A model generated the notes under the pieces. The model made no database searches. It saw nothing but the letters and a program-made list of their open reading frames with translations, and was not told where the DNA came from. 64,000 bases of DNA from the NCBI RefSeq assembly GCF_006345805.1, contig NC_043006.1, forward strand, positions 37,758,001 to 37,822,000, read 5' to 3'. Each line of letters opens with the position of its first letter. Position 1 is the stretch's first letter. Positions 12,700 through 24,949 of this stretch are shown in pieces. The position numbers were made by a program, and so were the translations under genes. The DNA is from Octopus sinensis (lineage: Eukaryota).

Positions 12700-13110
12700 T
12701 CCTGAGATACAAAAAATATCTTTATTGGCCTGACTTTTGTGCCTTTCCTCAGTGCCTGTCTGACCAAGTTGGAGCAACTGTTGTTTTGCTTCTTGTAGAA
12801 ATGTCAAGTTTCTCTGACTTGGCAGGTCATCTGCTGTCAATGCCCACAACAAGGTGGGATTGGTATCCTGCAATAATCGATGTACAGACATGTGCAAAGG
12901 TGGTGCAACTTGCAATGATTCATGTGTTTGGCATGGCTGTGGTTGCTCTTTTTTTGCAACCCTGGGCCAAGGAAAAACTAAAACTGGACATCAGGGATCT
13001 GGAATTTTATCAGGAATGCAGAACCTTCAACTAGTCAGACAAAGTCTTTGTTGGGAATGCATTGTTAGCAATATACAGAGAGTCAAAAGTGCATTTTGAA
13101 CCATAGGCTC
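12700..13110 (+). mobile_element. L1/Tx1 ORF2 post-RT fragment
   Basis: ACLTKLEQLLFCFL*KCQVSLTWQVICCQCPQQGGIGI matches the L1/Tx1 F.W...R..L......GGLG motif; same strand as 6926-9775. Confidence 0.65.
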
Positions 13111-13151
13111 ATACAGCTTGGTTTCCCAGATTCTGTGGCATATACATTTCC

Positions 13152-13254
13152 TTATCTGTCTGTCTATCTATCTATCTATCTTGTTATCTGTCAGTTGGTC
13201 TATCTAACTAGCTGGTTATCTATCTATCTATCTATCTAACTAGCTGGTTATCTG

Positions 13255-13306
<52 letters not shown>

Positions 13307-13386
13307 ATCAGTCAGTTGGTCTATCTAACTAGCTCGTTATCTGTCTATCTTATCTGTCAGTTGGTCTATCTAATTAGCTGGTTATG

Positions 13387-13422
<36 letters not shown>

Positions 13423-13641
13423 ATTTATCAGTTGGTCTATCTAACTAGCTGGTTATCTGTCTATCTATCTATCTTATCTGTCAGTCGGTCTATCTAAGTA
13501 GCTGGTTATCTGTCTATCTTATCTGTCAGTTGGTCTATCTAACTAGCTGGTTGTCTATCTGCTTATCTATCAACCTAGTTTGCTAACTGTCTATCTTTGA
13601 ATCTATCTGTTTCTGTCTGTTAGTCTCTCTCCCTCCCTCTG

Positions 13642-13686
<45 letters not shown>

Positions 13687-13740
13687 GTCTGCCTGTCTGT
13701 CTCTCTGTCTCTCTCTTTATATATATATATATATACATAT
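13152..13740. repeat. (ATCT)n satellite with higher-order unit
   Basis: (ATCT)n interleaved with repeated CAGTTGGTCTATCTAACTAGCTGGTTATC. Confidence 0.9.
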
Positions 13741-14069
13741 CCATTTGGTGAGTGCTATCCAATCTCACCCCCTCTTCATTTCACTCTTTTCTTTCTTTCT
13801 CTCTTCACTTCATTTTCCCCTTCTCTCTCTTTCTTATTTCTCTTTCCCACCTTTTACTCTCTGCCATTATTTCATCTCTTCCCTCTCTCTCTCTGTCAAT
13901 TCTATTGTCATCTCTTTCTCTTATTTCCTGCTCTTCCTCCTCCTGCTCCTCCTCCCCCCTTTTCTCTTCAAGTTTCTGGATTTTTCTAAACAAACCACTC
14001 AACTAACACCACTACAAATTGTATCCAATCATTTTAACTCATACTAACTTAGCTGTTTTTTGTCAGACA

Positions 14070-14830
14070 TTGCTATTGCTGAGGATGATGACAATACTGA
14101 TGATGATGATGCCGGTGATGGTGCTGCTGCTGCTCTTCATGGTGGTGATGATGATGATAATGTTGGTGGTGAAGGTGATAATGGTAGTGATGATGATGGG
14201 TGGTGGCGGTGGCAGTGAGGGTGGAGCTGGTGATGGCGATAGTGATGGCGAAGATGATGATGATGATGTCAATGATGTTGGGATGATAATGCTAAAGATA
14301 ACGATGATGATGACTACAACGATGACAACATTGATGAGAATGACAGTGATGATGGTGGTAATGGTGACAATGATGAAGAGGATGATGATGACAATGATGG
14401 GAGTGGTGATGATGATGATGATGCTGATGTTGAGGTTGACAATGGCAACAATGATAATGTTTATGTTTTTCAATATTTTTCTAGTTGTCACTCATAATGT
14501 TGGTATTACTGCTGAGGGTGATGATAATGCTGCTGCTGCTACTACTGTTGCTGCTGCTGTTTTATAATTTTGAATGTTTTCCTCCTGGCTGTTTATCTTT
14601 GTTGTTATTGTTCTCAACTTTTGATGCTGCTGCTGCTACTACTGCTGCTGCTGATGATGATGCTGATGTTTATAGTCTAAATATTTTACTTTCTTTGCCA
14701 TGGAGTTGCTGCTGCTGCTCATGATTAGCTGTGTCATCCTCGTTGATGTTGTTGGTGGTGGTGATGGTGGTGGCGACGGTGATGTTGGTTGTAATAGTGA
14801 TGGTCATGGTGGGAATGGTGAAAGGTGGTG
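14070..14830. repeat. Degenerate GAT/GGT/GCT trinucleotide tract
   Basis: Direct inspection. Confidence 0.9.
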
Positions 14831-15254
14831 GCGAATGTTTATGAGTTACAGTGTATTTCTGGTTGCCGTTGTTGCTTTCATAATTATATCAATTAATTTC
14901 ATAATTTTTTAACGACCATCAACTGAAGGGATAGTATGACATAATGTATTGAAATCTGGATGTCAATATTCAACGAGGTAAATTTGACAATAATTACAGA
15001 GGAAGAAATTACAGAAAACAACCATCAAATAAAGAATTTAAATTAGTCTTCCTATAAAAATAATAATTATCATTATAATTATAAAAATAATTATTATAAT
15101 ATTTTTTATCATTATCTTTATAAATGGTAATTATTTCTACAAAAGTACAAAGCCTGGAATTAAGATGTAGGAGGCTAGTCAATTACAATTACATCAACCC
15201 CCAGTAGTAAACTGGTACCTATTCTATTGACCACAAAAGAAAAAAAGGCAACTG

Positions 15255-16410
15255 GTAGATAGAAACTGAAAGAAACCCGTTGTATATATACAGGGCATGA
15301 TGGGTAAATTGTTGCCATTTTATATATATTTTTTATTTTGTGCAAGTGCACTGTTTCTTTCTGATTTTGTTGACTATACAGTATGGTAAGGTCAGTTTGG
15401 TACCGTCTGTGAGAAAAAACAGCACCATGACACAATTCACTCTGCCAGAAATTTGGAAACAACATGCTATACTGCTTGATATTCGTGTCGGGAGCACCAG
15501 TATGAACATTTCAGAGTGTTTGGGTGTCTAAGGACATGTACCGAGAATGATAAAAATCAAACATCCAGTCAACATCATGGCGTTTGGAGTAATCATTAGT
15601 GATGGTGACGTTAACCTCCATTCATCTCCCCACACAACCTCAAACTCAACACGGAGGCCTACATCAAGTGTCTGGAGTAGGAAGTGCTGCTTTGGGTCAA
15701 TAGGGTGACTACTGGAAGACCCTCAGTCAGCAAGAGTACTCTGCACCATGCCACACAAGTAGAAGAACCCAGTCATGGCTGTCAGACAACTTCTGCGACT
15801 ACATCGCCCATAACATCTGGTCACATAACTCCCCAGACTGCAACCCCCTTGATTATTATGTGTGGGGCACAGTTGAGCAAGAGACCAACAAAACTCTTTG
15901 TAACACCAAAGATGAACTGAAGGCAAGGATTATGGCAGTGTTCATAAGTTTAAACAAGGAGACTGTCCAGAAGAGATGCAGGAGATTCCGAATCCTTCTG
16001 GAGGTCATGGTTGAAGCCAATGGTGATTTTATTGAATAAATTTACTCTTTAGTATTTCAAGATATTTTTATGTAGTTTTGGTAAATATATCTGTGGAAAT
16101 GGGATATAAATATATCAGTGTCATTTTCATTTTTGCACAATTTAGACAACAGTTTATTCACTGCACCCGGTATGTGTGTGTGTATGATTTTGTGTCTGTG
16201 TTTATCCCCTCCACCACTACTGCTTGACAATTGGTGTTGGTGTGTTTGCACTCCTGTAACTTAGTGGTTCAGCAAAAGAGACTGACAAAATAAGGACCAG
16301 GCTTTAAAAAATAAGTACTGGGGGTCAATACATTCGACTAAAAATTTTTCAACGAGGTGCCCCAGCATGGCCACAATCTAATGATGGAAGCAAATAAAAG
16401 ATAAAACGAA
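15255..16410 (+). mobile_element. SINE family 1 copy split by the maT transposon
   Basis: GGTAGATAGAAACTGAAAGAAACCCG-(TA)n before 15291; SINE body resumes at 16171. Confidence 0.8.
15291..16170 (+). mobile_element. maT (DD37D) Tc1/mariner transposon, internally deleted
   Basis: TA target duplication, degenerate 28-bp TIRs, MTQFTLPEIWK N-terminus fused to KHPVNIMAFG...SAPCH...NSPDCNPLDYYVW; 37 residues between the second and third catalytic positions. Confidence 0.85.
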
Positions 16411-16693
16411 AGATGTAATAAACAAGGTCATTGTTTTAATGTCCAATTTTCTATGCTCGCATGGGTCAGATGGAATTTGCTGAGGTAGATTTTCTATGGC
16501 TGGATGCTCTTCCTGACATCAACCCTCACCTGTTTCCAGGCAAAGTAATGTTTCCCCATGATCAAACAGGATTTTACAGAAGTTTGGAAATGATGGACAC
16601 TGCTTGCATGACAGTGACACTCGCTTACAACTATCACCTGAAGTCAAAGCAAGGAGACAACAACACACATGCATTTACACACACACGCACACA

Positions 16694-16728
<35 letters not shown>

Positions 16729-16877
16729 CACAGACATGCAGGAAGTAAATAGACACTATTAATTTTCATAATGTCTGCTCTAAACATCTTAATAGGTTTT
16801 CAGTGGTGTAGAATTTACAATGTAATTATTCTTTTTCATTCCAGTTGCCATTATATTAAACATTTGCAAAGAATAAC

Positions 16878-17030
16878 CATGCCATGCACAAAAAATTTAG
16901 CAGAACTGTCAGATTTTCAAAGAGGTCATATTGTTAGGCAGTATGAAGTTGGTCTTAGCTAGCAAAAAATTGCCGAAAATCTTCAAATTCCTTTTGCTAC
17001 TGTTAATAGAATTATAGTGCAATTCAGTTT
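16878..17030 (+). mobile_element. Tc1-like transposase N-terminal fragment
   Basis: [45 protein letters not shown] (paired-type HTH). Confidence 0.8.
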
Positions 17031-17318
17031 ATTACATTTAAATTTCTATCTTACATCATCATCGTCGTTTAACGTCCGTTCTCCATGCTAGCATGGGTTG
17101 GACGGTTCGTCCGGGGTTCTGGGAAGCCAGAAGGCTGCACCAGGCTCCAGTCTAATTTGGCAATGTTTCTACAGCTGGATGCCCTTCAATTAACTAAATT
17201 AGCTTAGAATAATGGTTTCATATTTTTTTTATAATTAAAATCTAAACTGTTAATATATGAATGCAAAAGAGATAGTTGAATAACTGTAAACCTACTTTTG
17301 GGCCAACCTGTATATATA

Positions 17319-17720
17319 GGCACAGGCATGGCTGTGTGGTAAGAAGCTTGCTTCTCAACAAAATGGTTCCGGGTTCAGTCCCACTGCATGGCACCTTGGG
17401 CAAGTGTCTTCTACTACAGCCTCGGACCGACCATAGCCTTGGGAGTGGATTTGGTAGACAGGAACTGAAAGAAGCTCATTATGAAAATACATATATATAT
17501 GTATGTATGTACATATCTGTGTGTCTGTGTTTGTCTGACCCACTGCTTGACAACCGATGTTGGTGTGTTTATGTCCCGTAATCTAGTTGTTCAACAAAAA
17601 AGATGATAAAATAGGTACTAGGCTTACAAGGAATAAGTCCTTAGGTCAATTTGTTTGAATAAAAGTGGTGCTCCAGCATGGCTGCAGTCAAATGACTGAA
17701 ACATGTAAAAGAATAAAAGA
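17319..17720 (+). mobile_element. SINE family 1, full length
   Basis: A box TGGCTGTGTGG, B box GGTTCAGTCCC, ACCTTGGGCAAGT core, internal (TA)n. Confidence 0.9.
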
Positions 17721-17740
17721 ATATATATATATATATATAT

Positions 17741-17879
17741 ATTTATTATATAGAAGGAGCTTCTACAGGACTAGAACTGTTTCATTCAAGAGAAATCTTC
17801 AGGAAGCTCTGAACTTCCTGAAGATTTCTCTTGAATGAAACAGTTCTAGTCCTGTAGAAGCTCCTTCTATATAATAAAT
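17741..17879. repeat. Perfect inverted repeat, 66-bp arms and 7-nt loop
   Basis: 17741-17806 is the exact reverse complement of 17814-17879. Confidence 0.95.
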
Positions 17880-18959
17880 TAATTTTACTCTGCTATGTAT
17901 TGAGTACCTTATTTACTGTGGTTAACCCCGAATCAACCCGGGACCTACATATATATATATATATGATAGGCTTCTTTCAGTTCCAGTCTACCAAATTTAC
18001 TCACTAGGCTCTGGTATTGACCTGGAGATATAGTAGTAGAAGTCACTTTTCCAATGTGCCATGCAATGAGACTGGACCTGAAGCCAGGTAGACTTTGAAA
18101 TTCCTAGAGGAGAAGAGAGAGAATCTTTGTGGTACTCCATGGAGATCTTTCCAATTTCTATAACTATTTTTTAACCTGTACAATGTACAAATATACATTC
18201 ACAAACTTTAAAACATGCAGATATTATTAGGCATCTTCCTTCTATTCACCATACAAGATGTACAACCTTCTAAATGCAACATCAACCATTTAAAAGCCTT
18301 TCTCTGAAACAACGAACTTACAGAATCACCTGCCAAAACTACCATTTTCTTTCTTTCCAGTGACAACAAAGAATATAAAATGTAATAACTAACCATCTAG
18401 CTCAATAATATAAATACATGCATTAAAAGACAAAATAATTCTAGGAATTATATATGGCACTTCCACAACATTCACAAAACAAACAGGGTATATCTATAGG
18501 TATGTTGATGCATAAAGGTAAAATATGACCCATAAATGAGTATATTTTCATTAATATTTAGCAGAAATAACAGAGTAAATCAAAGTCTAAGGGTTTCATG
18601 TTCATCATTGTTTAACATCCTGTCTTCCATGCTAGGATGGGTGGGGTGGGATGGTATCACAAGAGCTGACCAGGCAGAAGTCTGCACCAGACTTCTGTGA
18701 CTGTTTTGGCAGGGGTTTGTACAGCTGGATGCCCTTCCTAACACCAACCACTCAGCTGAGTGGAGTTAGTGCTTTTTATGTGGCACAAGCACAGGCGAAG
18801 TCAGTTTTGGCAAGGCTTTTACAGGTGGACGCCCTTTCAAACACCAGCCACTTTACAGAGTGGACTGGGTGCTTTTAAATGGCACCTGCACTGACAGGGT
18901 CACCAAGTACTTACAAGACAAAAAAAAGTATTATATATATATAAATAAATACAAATATT

Positions 18960-19290
18960 AAAGACCCTCTTCAGTCTTGAATGACCATGGGATTGCACCT
19001 GGAAAGTTCCCCTCCAAGGCAAAGTCCAGGAAGGGTTGTTTATGGTAGACCAGCAGTCATCCATGCATATCAGTCTCCCCACTCTACAACACTGATGCTA
19101 TTCAAAGGAAAGGCAAAGGGGCCAAGACAGCTTGGCACCAGTGATGTTAGAACCAATTTCTACAACTGAGTGAACTGGAGTAATATGAAATAAAGTGTCT
19201 TGCTCAAGAACACAACACACAGCCCAGTCTGGGATTAGAACTCACAAACTCACGATTGTAAGTTCGACACTCTAACCACTGAGCCATGCA
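18960..19290 (-). mobile_element. tRNA-derived SINE with a family-3-like head and a different tail
   Basis: TGGCTCAGTGGTTAGAG...GAGTTCTAATCCC...TTCTTGAGCAAGACAC on the minus strand. Confidence 0.75.
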
Positions 19291-19319
19291 TCTACACATA
19301 AATAAATACACACACATAT

Positions 19320-19349
<30 letters not shown>

Positions 19350-19352
<3 letters not shown>

Positions 19353-20611
19353 CCATAAGATGTACCCAGTGTAAGCTTTGGGCACATAAAAGGTGCAACA
19401 ACATCAGGGGAAAGATTAACAGGGAAGGTAACTTTTGTATGTGGAAGGTGCACAGGTACAATAAACGCTGAAAATGTGAAGAAAATAGACTCCATCACGT
19501 GCCAGGGATCAAGCTAGAGTTAGTAGATAGCTTCTGTTATTTAGGTGACCAAGTTAGTAGTGTAGGTGGATGCTCCAACAGCATAGCTGTGAGAATAAGA
19601 TCAGGCTGGGCAAAGTTCAGAGCTCCAATCCCTGCTGGCAACAAAGGCCCACTCTCTCAGAGTGAAAGGCAAATTGTTTGATGCCTATGTGCAAACAGCT
19701 GTGCTGCATGGCAGTGAAAAATGGGCTATCACAGCCAAGGACATGTGTAGGCTTGAAAGAAATGAAGCCAGTATGCTTCACTGGATGTGCAATGTCAGTG
19801 TGCATGTTTGACAGAGTGTAAGCATCTTGAGAGATAAGTTAAACATAAGAGGAATCAGATGTAGTGTGCAAAAGAGATGACTGTGCTGGTATGGTCATGT
19901 AATGCGTAAGGACAAAGACAGCTCTTCAAAGAAGTGTCAATCTCTGTGGAGGGAAACTGTGGTAGAGGTAGATCCAGGAAAACATAGGAAGAGGTTGTGA
20001 AGCATGGTCTTCGAACTTTGAGCTCACAGAGGCAATGACTGGTGACTGAGACATTTGGCAATGTGTTGTGCTTGAGAGGACCTGTCAAACCAAGTGCACC
20101 CATGCTGGTGGCACATAAAGAACATCTTTTGAATGTTTGGCCTCAAGGAGGCAGAGTGGCTGAGTTCCTTTTGAGTGTCGGGCCCCATGGAGGCAAAGTG
20201 GCTCAGTTCCTTTCAAGTCCTGGCTTTTATGGAGGAAAAGTGACTCAGTTCCTTTTGAGTGTTAGGCCTCACAGAGGAAATGATCAAGACCTTTCGCATT
20301 ATGTTGTGCTTGAGAAGAAAACCCATCATGCCAAGCAAAATTGCAGTCATGGCAGATACTGGTGCTATGCAAATTGGCACCCATGCCAGTGGCATCTAAA
20401 CACACCCTGGCGTCATACAAATGGTACCTGTGCCGGTGGCATGTAAAAGCACCCATTACACTCTCAAAGTGATTGGCATTAGGAAGGGCATCCAGCCATA
20501 GAAAACCATGCCAAATCAGACTGGAGTCTGGTGCAGCCTTCCAGCATCCCAGCCCTATCAAACTGTCCAACCTATGCCAGCATGGACAACTGACGTTAAA
20601 TGATGATGATG
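19350..20611 (+). mobile_element. RTE-clade LINE, 3' half of the split copy (PHD finger, thumb, C-terminus, 3' UTR, (GAT)n tail)
   Basis: SIRCTQCKLWAHKRC, FVCGRC, VDSFCYLGD, RIRSGWAKFR, LHGSEKW, WYGHVMR, GRGRSRKT; tandem repeats of about 40 bp in the UTR. Confidence 0.95.
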
Positions 20612-20872
20612 ATATATATATATATATATATCCATGAGGCAGCTGGTGATGGAAGTATGTTGGAATGTTGGTATGGTTGTTTTTGTATATGTGAAATAGT
20701 ATTATTGGATTGTTGATATGGCTGTGGAATAATATTATAACACATCCTTTTGATATATATATATATGGAAAACAGAAACATAGGAAAACCATTATGGATT
20801 ATGCCGCTCCAGTCCAGATCACCAACTAGAAATTATATATGGCACTTCTACAATGTTCACAGCACACATAGA

Positions 20873-20912
<40 letters not shown>

Positions 20913-21269
20913 AGGTAAGCACAAACATGAGAAAGAGGAATAAGCCATTATAGATTATACCACTCCTGTGCATGTTAGCAATGTCTGCAGAACAAATTGT
21001 CATAAACGTAGAAGAAAGTAAAACCGTACATTTCAAATATTATCGCAGACCATATGCGCAAACTACTTGCACCACAAAAGAACGACATTAGTATTGAGCA
21101 GGGGAGGCGGGGGTGGGCTGTTTGGTGGTATTTAATTTATTGGTTCTGGAAAGAGAGCAGAATGAAAAAGAAGAAAGGATGAGTAGATACTGAAAATTTT
21201 GAACCCTGTACCAGAAGGGACGGAACTAGATACTAGATAAAACAGTCTATCTGGCACTCTAATGGTTAC

Positions 21270-21680
21270 CACTCTTAGTAGTAGTAGTAGTGTTAGTATT
21301 GACAGTAGTAGTAATGGCATTGGTAGTATTGGTAGTAGTAGCAGTGGTAGTGGTGGCAGTAGTAGTAGTAGTAGTGGTAGTAGTAGTAGTAGCAGTAATA
21401 GCAGTGGTAGTATTGGTAGTAGTAATAGTAATGGCAGTAATAGAATTGGTAGTAGTAGCAGTTGTAGTTGTAGTATTAGCAGTGGTAGTGGTAGTAATGG
21501 CAGTGATAGTAGTAGTAGTAGTAGTAGTAGAAGAAACAGTGGTAGTAGTGGTTGAAGTAGTGGTAGTAGCAGCAGCAGAGCAGCAATAGTGGTGGTAGTG
21601 ATAGTAATATTAATAGTAGTGGTGGCAGTGATGGTGGTGGTCTAGGCGGCAGTAGTAGAAGTAGTAGTAGTGTCTGTATT
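21270..21680. repeat. (AGT)n degenerate microsatellite
   Basis: Direct inspection. Confidence 0.9.
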
Positions 21681-21899
21681 TGCAACAAAGGGCTCTCATA
21701 TACAGTACAATTTAAAACATGAGGATTACAATAGCAGTGGACCTAGACAAAGTTATATAAAAAAGAAACGGAGAGAAAGAGTGGAAGAGGAAAACACAAT
21801 GAATGGATTAAAAAGTTAAACTCAAAAAACAAAAATATTTAGCCCCCACCATACACCACACACACAGGGGAAAACCCATGAGCTAAGTTTAATCAAAGT

Positions 21900-22200
21900 A
21901 CTCAACAACACGGTCCTTCTACCACCAGTCAACATCTGGGTTGTTCCCATGTGTATGGCTCTAGATCTTTGGCCTGTACCCGACCTAGATCTGCAACTTG
22001 GTCAAATGATATGTCGCATGAATACTGACTAAACTTGTACACTCTTGCCATCAATAGAAAACTTAGCAGATGAGTCATTCTCAGCTCATACTAGTCCATC
22101 ATCAGCCATGGTTTGCTAAACACCACACGTGTTTCTCAGAAAGCTTCTAGATGTCTTAAGAAATTCAGCCTTTTAGCTCCAGACAAACTATAAACAGTTA
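21900..22200 (-). mobile_element. Second L1/Tx1 endonuclease fragment
   Basis: VYSLSGAKRLNFLRHLEAF...VADLGRVQAKDLEPYTW parallels VYAPTGSGRLNFFRCLEVF...APVW at 9050-9270. Confidence 0.6.
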
Positions 22201-22686
22201 TATAGCGGACACTTTTTGGTAGTCACTTGGCGAGTTAGTTAGGCTATTGGGAACATGATCATAAGGCTGTGGGTTTAATTCCTGTACTGTGTAGCACACT
22301 GTTTCCTTGAGCTACACACTTCATACAATGTTGCTCTAATTGACTCAGCTGAAAATGAGAAGCAGCTGAGTGCTGATGCAGCTCTCAATGTTCCACAGGA
22401 TCAAAGGTGGAAAAACTAAGAATGTGCTTATGTTTGCTCACAGCAACATAAACACTAAAAACAATGAGCAAAAGTATGGTAGAAAGCCCTTAGATGGCTT
22501 TTACTACCACATGTATAACAGCTGGGTCACCTACCTTGGATGCTGAATTTTAAGTTTTTCACATAGCACCCTCTACAGAATACAGTATTTTTCTGGGTTT
22601 TTCACTTGTTAGTGACCCACTTCCTAGAAAGAGCTGACTATGGTTATTGTTACATATGTATGCACTTCTTTGATTTTCTTCTTTAG

Positions 22687-22914
22687 GTGCACGCCAGCCC
22701 TGGTCTAGCAGATTTATGGTCAAGAGTATTGCAGTTATTATCAACCTGGCTTCTTGTGCATCAGGCACTATATTGTCTAATGTATAATTCATTATTTAAG
22801 AAAAGGGTGTGCATTGAAGAAGTTTTGGTTGCAATTTCTAGCAGTTTGAGTACCTACATAGACTCCCTTCTTGGCTCTAGAATGATGTTGATATGGATAA
22901 TAGAAGCATTACAG
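22687..22914 (+). CDS. Candidate phase-0 exon, product unknown
   Basis: Pyrimidine-rich TTTAG acceptor, CAG|GTGAGA donor, 228 nt open in one frame; no recognised homology, may be TE-derived or chance. Confidence 0.2.
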
Positions 22915-23939
22915 GTGAGAGTAATATTGGTTTTAAATTTGGGCACAAGGCCAGCAATTTTGGGGGAAGTGTTTAAATCGGTTATATTAATCCCAGTACA
23001 TTACTGGCACTTATTTCATCAACTCTGAAGGGAGGACAGGGCAAGTTAACCTCACTGGAATACGAACTGAGGACGTAAAGAAGGACAAAATGCAAAAAGG
23101 CATTTTACCTGGCATGTTAGCAATTCTGCCACCTTTGAGGTGAGAGTATTATTAACAAATCTTGATGGTGGTGGTTGTGGTGGTGGCAGTGCCCCAGCAT
23201 GGTGAGCATCCAATGATTGAAACAAGTTAAAAAAATAAAAGATATCAGAAACCAGAGTATCCATATAATTCTCTATTTCAAATGGGAAGGAGTGATTAGA
23301 AAGAAAGAGAGAGAGGGAGAGAGAGAGAGAGAGAGAGAAAGAGAGATTTGGCTGCCATATCTAGTAATCCAAGTAACCACAAAGAGGCTCCTTAGTTGGC
23401 ACATAAAAATAGGTGGAGTTGTCCAACAGGAACAAATGACCACACTTGGTTGGTCAGTGTTTAAACAAACAACAAAACAAACATTTCCACATCAAAGAGG
23501 CAGCCACTCACCATCCCTCAGTACAACTACCATCATCATCATCATCATCGTCATCACCATCTCCTGTCTTACAACTTTGTTCTCTTCAAGCATCTACCAC
23601 ACCCTTCAGTGACATTTCAATGTTGGTGATAATGTCAAGCAGCTGCTGAAGTTGGGATACAAGAGATCACATGACCGTAATGGCTAATGTCAACAACAGG
23701 GGTCAGTTTACCTGTGTGTAAATATATAAGACAGAGGGAGAAGGGAGAGAGTGAAATGGAGGGGGGAAAGAGAGAGAGAAAGAGAGAGGGAGTGAGAGAC
23801 AGAGCAGAGCTGGACTAGAAGATGGGCACCTGATCCTAAAGTTTAGTCACCTGACCACTAACTTTCTATTATGTTCATCTTGAAGCTATTGATCCAATCT
23901 ATTTCTTGATAGTTTCATTTCTATATTTATGTGTGTGCG

Positions 23940-24001
<62 letters not shown>

Positions 24002-24054
24002 TCTGTGTATATCATTTTCTGACAGTAGAGAGCAAAGCTATAAATAACTGTGTA

Positions 24055-24890
24055 AATATATTTTCTTCTACTCTAAGCACAAGGCCTGGAATTTTGGGGG
24101 AGGGGGCCAAGTGATTAGATCAACCCCAGTACGCAACTGGTACTGAATTTATTGACTTCAGAAAGATGAAAGACAGTGTTGACTTCGGCAGAATTTGAAC
24201 ACAGAACGTAAAGACAGACAAAATGCCTATTTCTTTACTACCCACAAGGGGCTAAACACAGAGGGGACAAACAAGAACAGACAAATGGATTAAGCTGATT
24301 ACATCGACCCCAGTGCGTAACTGGTATTTATTTAATCGACCCTGAAAGGATGAAAGGCAAAGTCGACCTCAGTGGAATCTGAACTTAGAACGTAACGGCA
24401 GACGAAATACCTATTTCTTTATTACCCACAAGGGGCTAAACATAGAGGGGACAAACAAAGACAGACATAGGTATTAAGTCGATTACATCGACCCCAGTGC
24501 ATAACTGGTACTTAATTTATTGACCCCGAAAGGATGAAAGGCAAAGTTGACCTCGGCAGAATTTGAACTCACAACATAACGACAGACGAAATACCGCTAA
24601 GCATTTCGCCTGGGATGCTAATGTTTCTGCCAGCTTGCTATGTGAGTGTGTAAATATATTTTTTCTACTCTAGGCACAAGGCCTGAAATTTTTGGGGAGG
24701 GGAGGGACCAATTGATTAGATCGACCCCAGTATGCAACTGGTACTTAATTTATTGACCCCGAAAAGATTAAAGTCAAAGTTGACCTCGGCAGGATTTGAA
24801 CTCAGAACGTAAAGATTGATGAAATACTGCTAAGCATTTTACCAGGGATGCTAATGTTTCTGCCAGCTTGCTGTCTTAGTGTGTAAATAT
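24055..24890 (-). mobile_element. Tandem array of SINE family 2 modules
   Basis: CGACCCCAGT...GGTACTTAATTTAT...GATGAAAGGCAAAGTCGACCTC module about four times. Confidence 0.85.
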
Positions 24891-24949
24891 ATTGGCTTAA
24901 AAAACCCTTTGGGTTGAGAAAGTCATCTCTCTCACAATATATAAAAATT

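Noticed and set aside
12691-12961. Apparent minus-strand terminal exon (VAKKEQPQ...ISGEP*) with a good acceptor
   Set aside because: The plus strand reads as decayed L1/Tx1 ORF2 and the peptide has no C7orf25 similarity
14019-14567. 182-aa Met/Val-rich ORF
   Set aside because: (GAT/GGT)n low complexity
18318-18335. 8-nt microexon GCAG|GTGATTCT|GTAAGT on the minus strand
   Set aside because: Would give GDS, not the conserved GxGQYG; weak pyrimidine tract
21088-21145. Strong minus-strand acceptor at 21146 as an alternative last exon
   Set aside because: Stop within 4 codons in the phase needed after the C7orf25 exon; no homology
21930-22090. 53-codon minus frame YELRMTH...WEQPRC as a host exon
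   Set aside because: Continues upstream into L1/Tx1 endonuclease motifs
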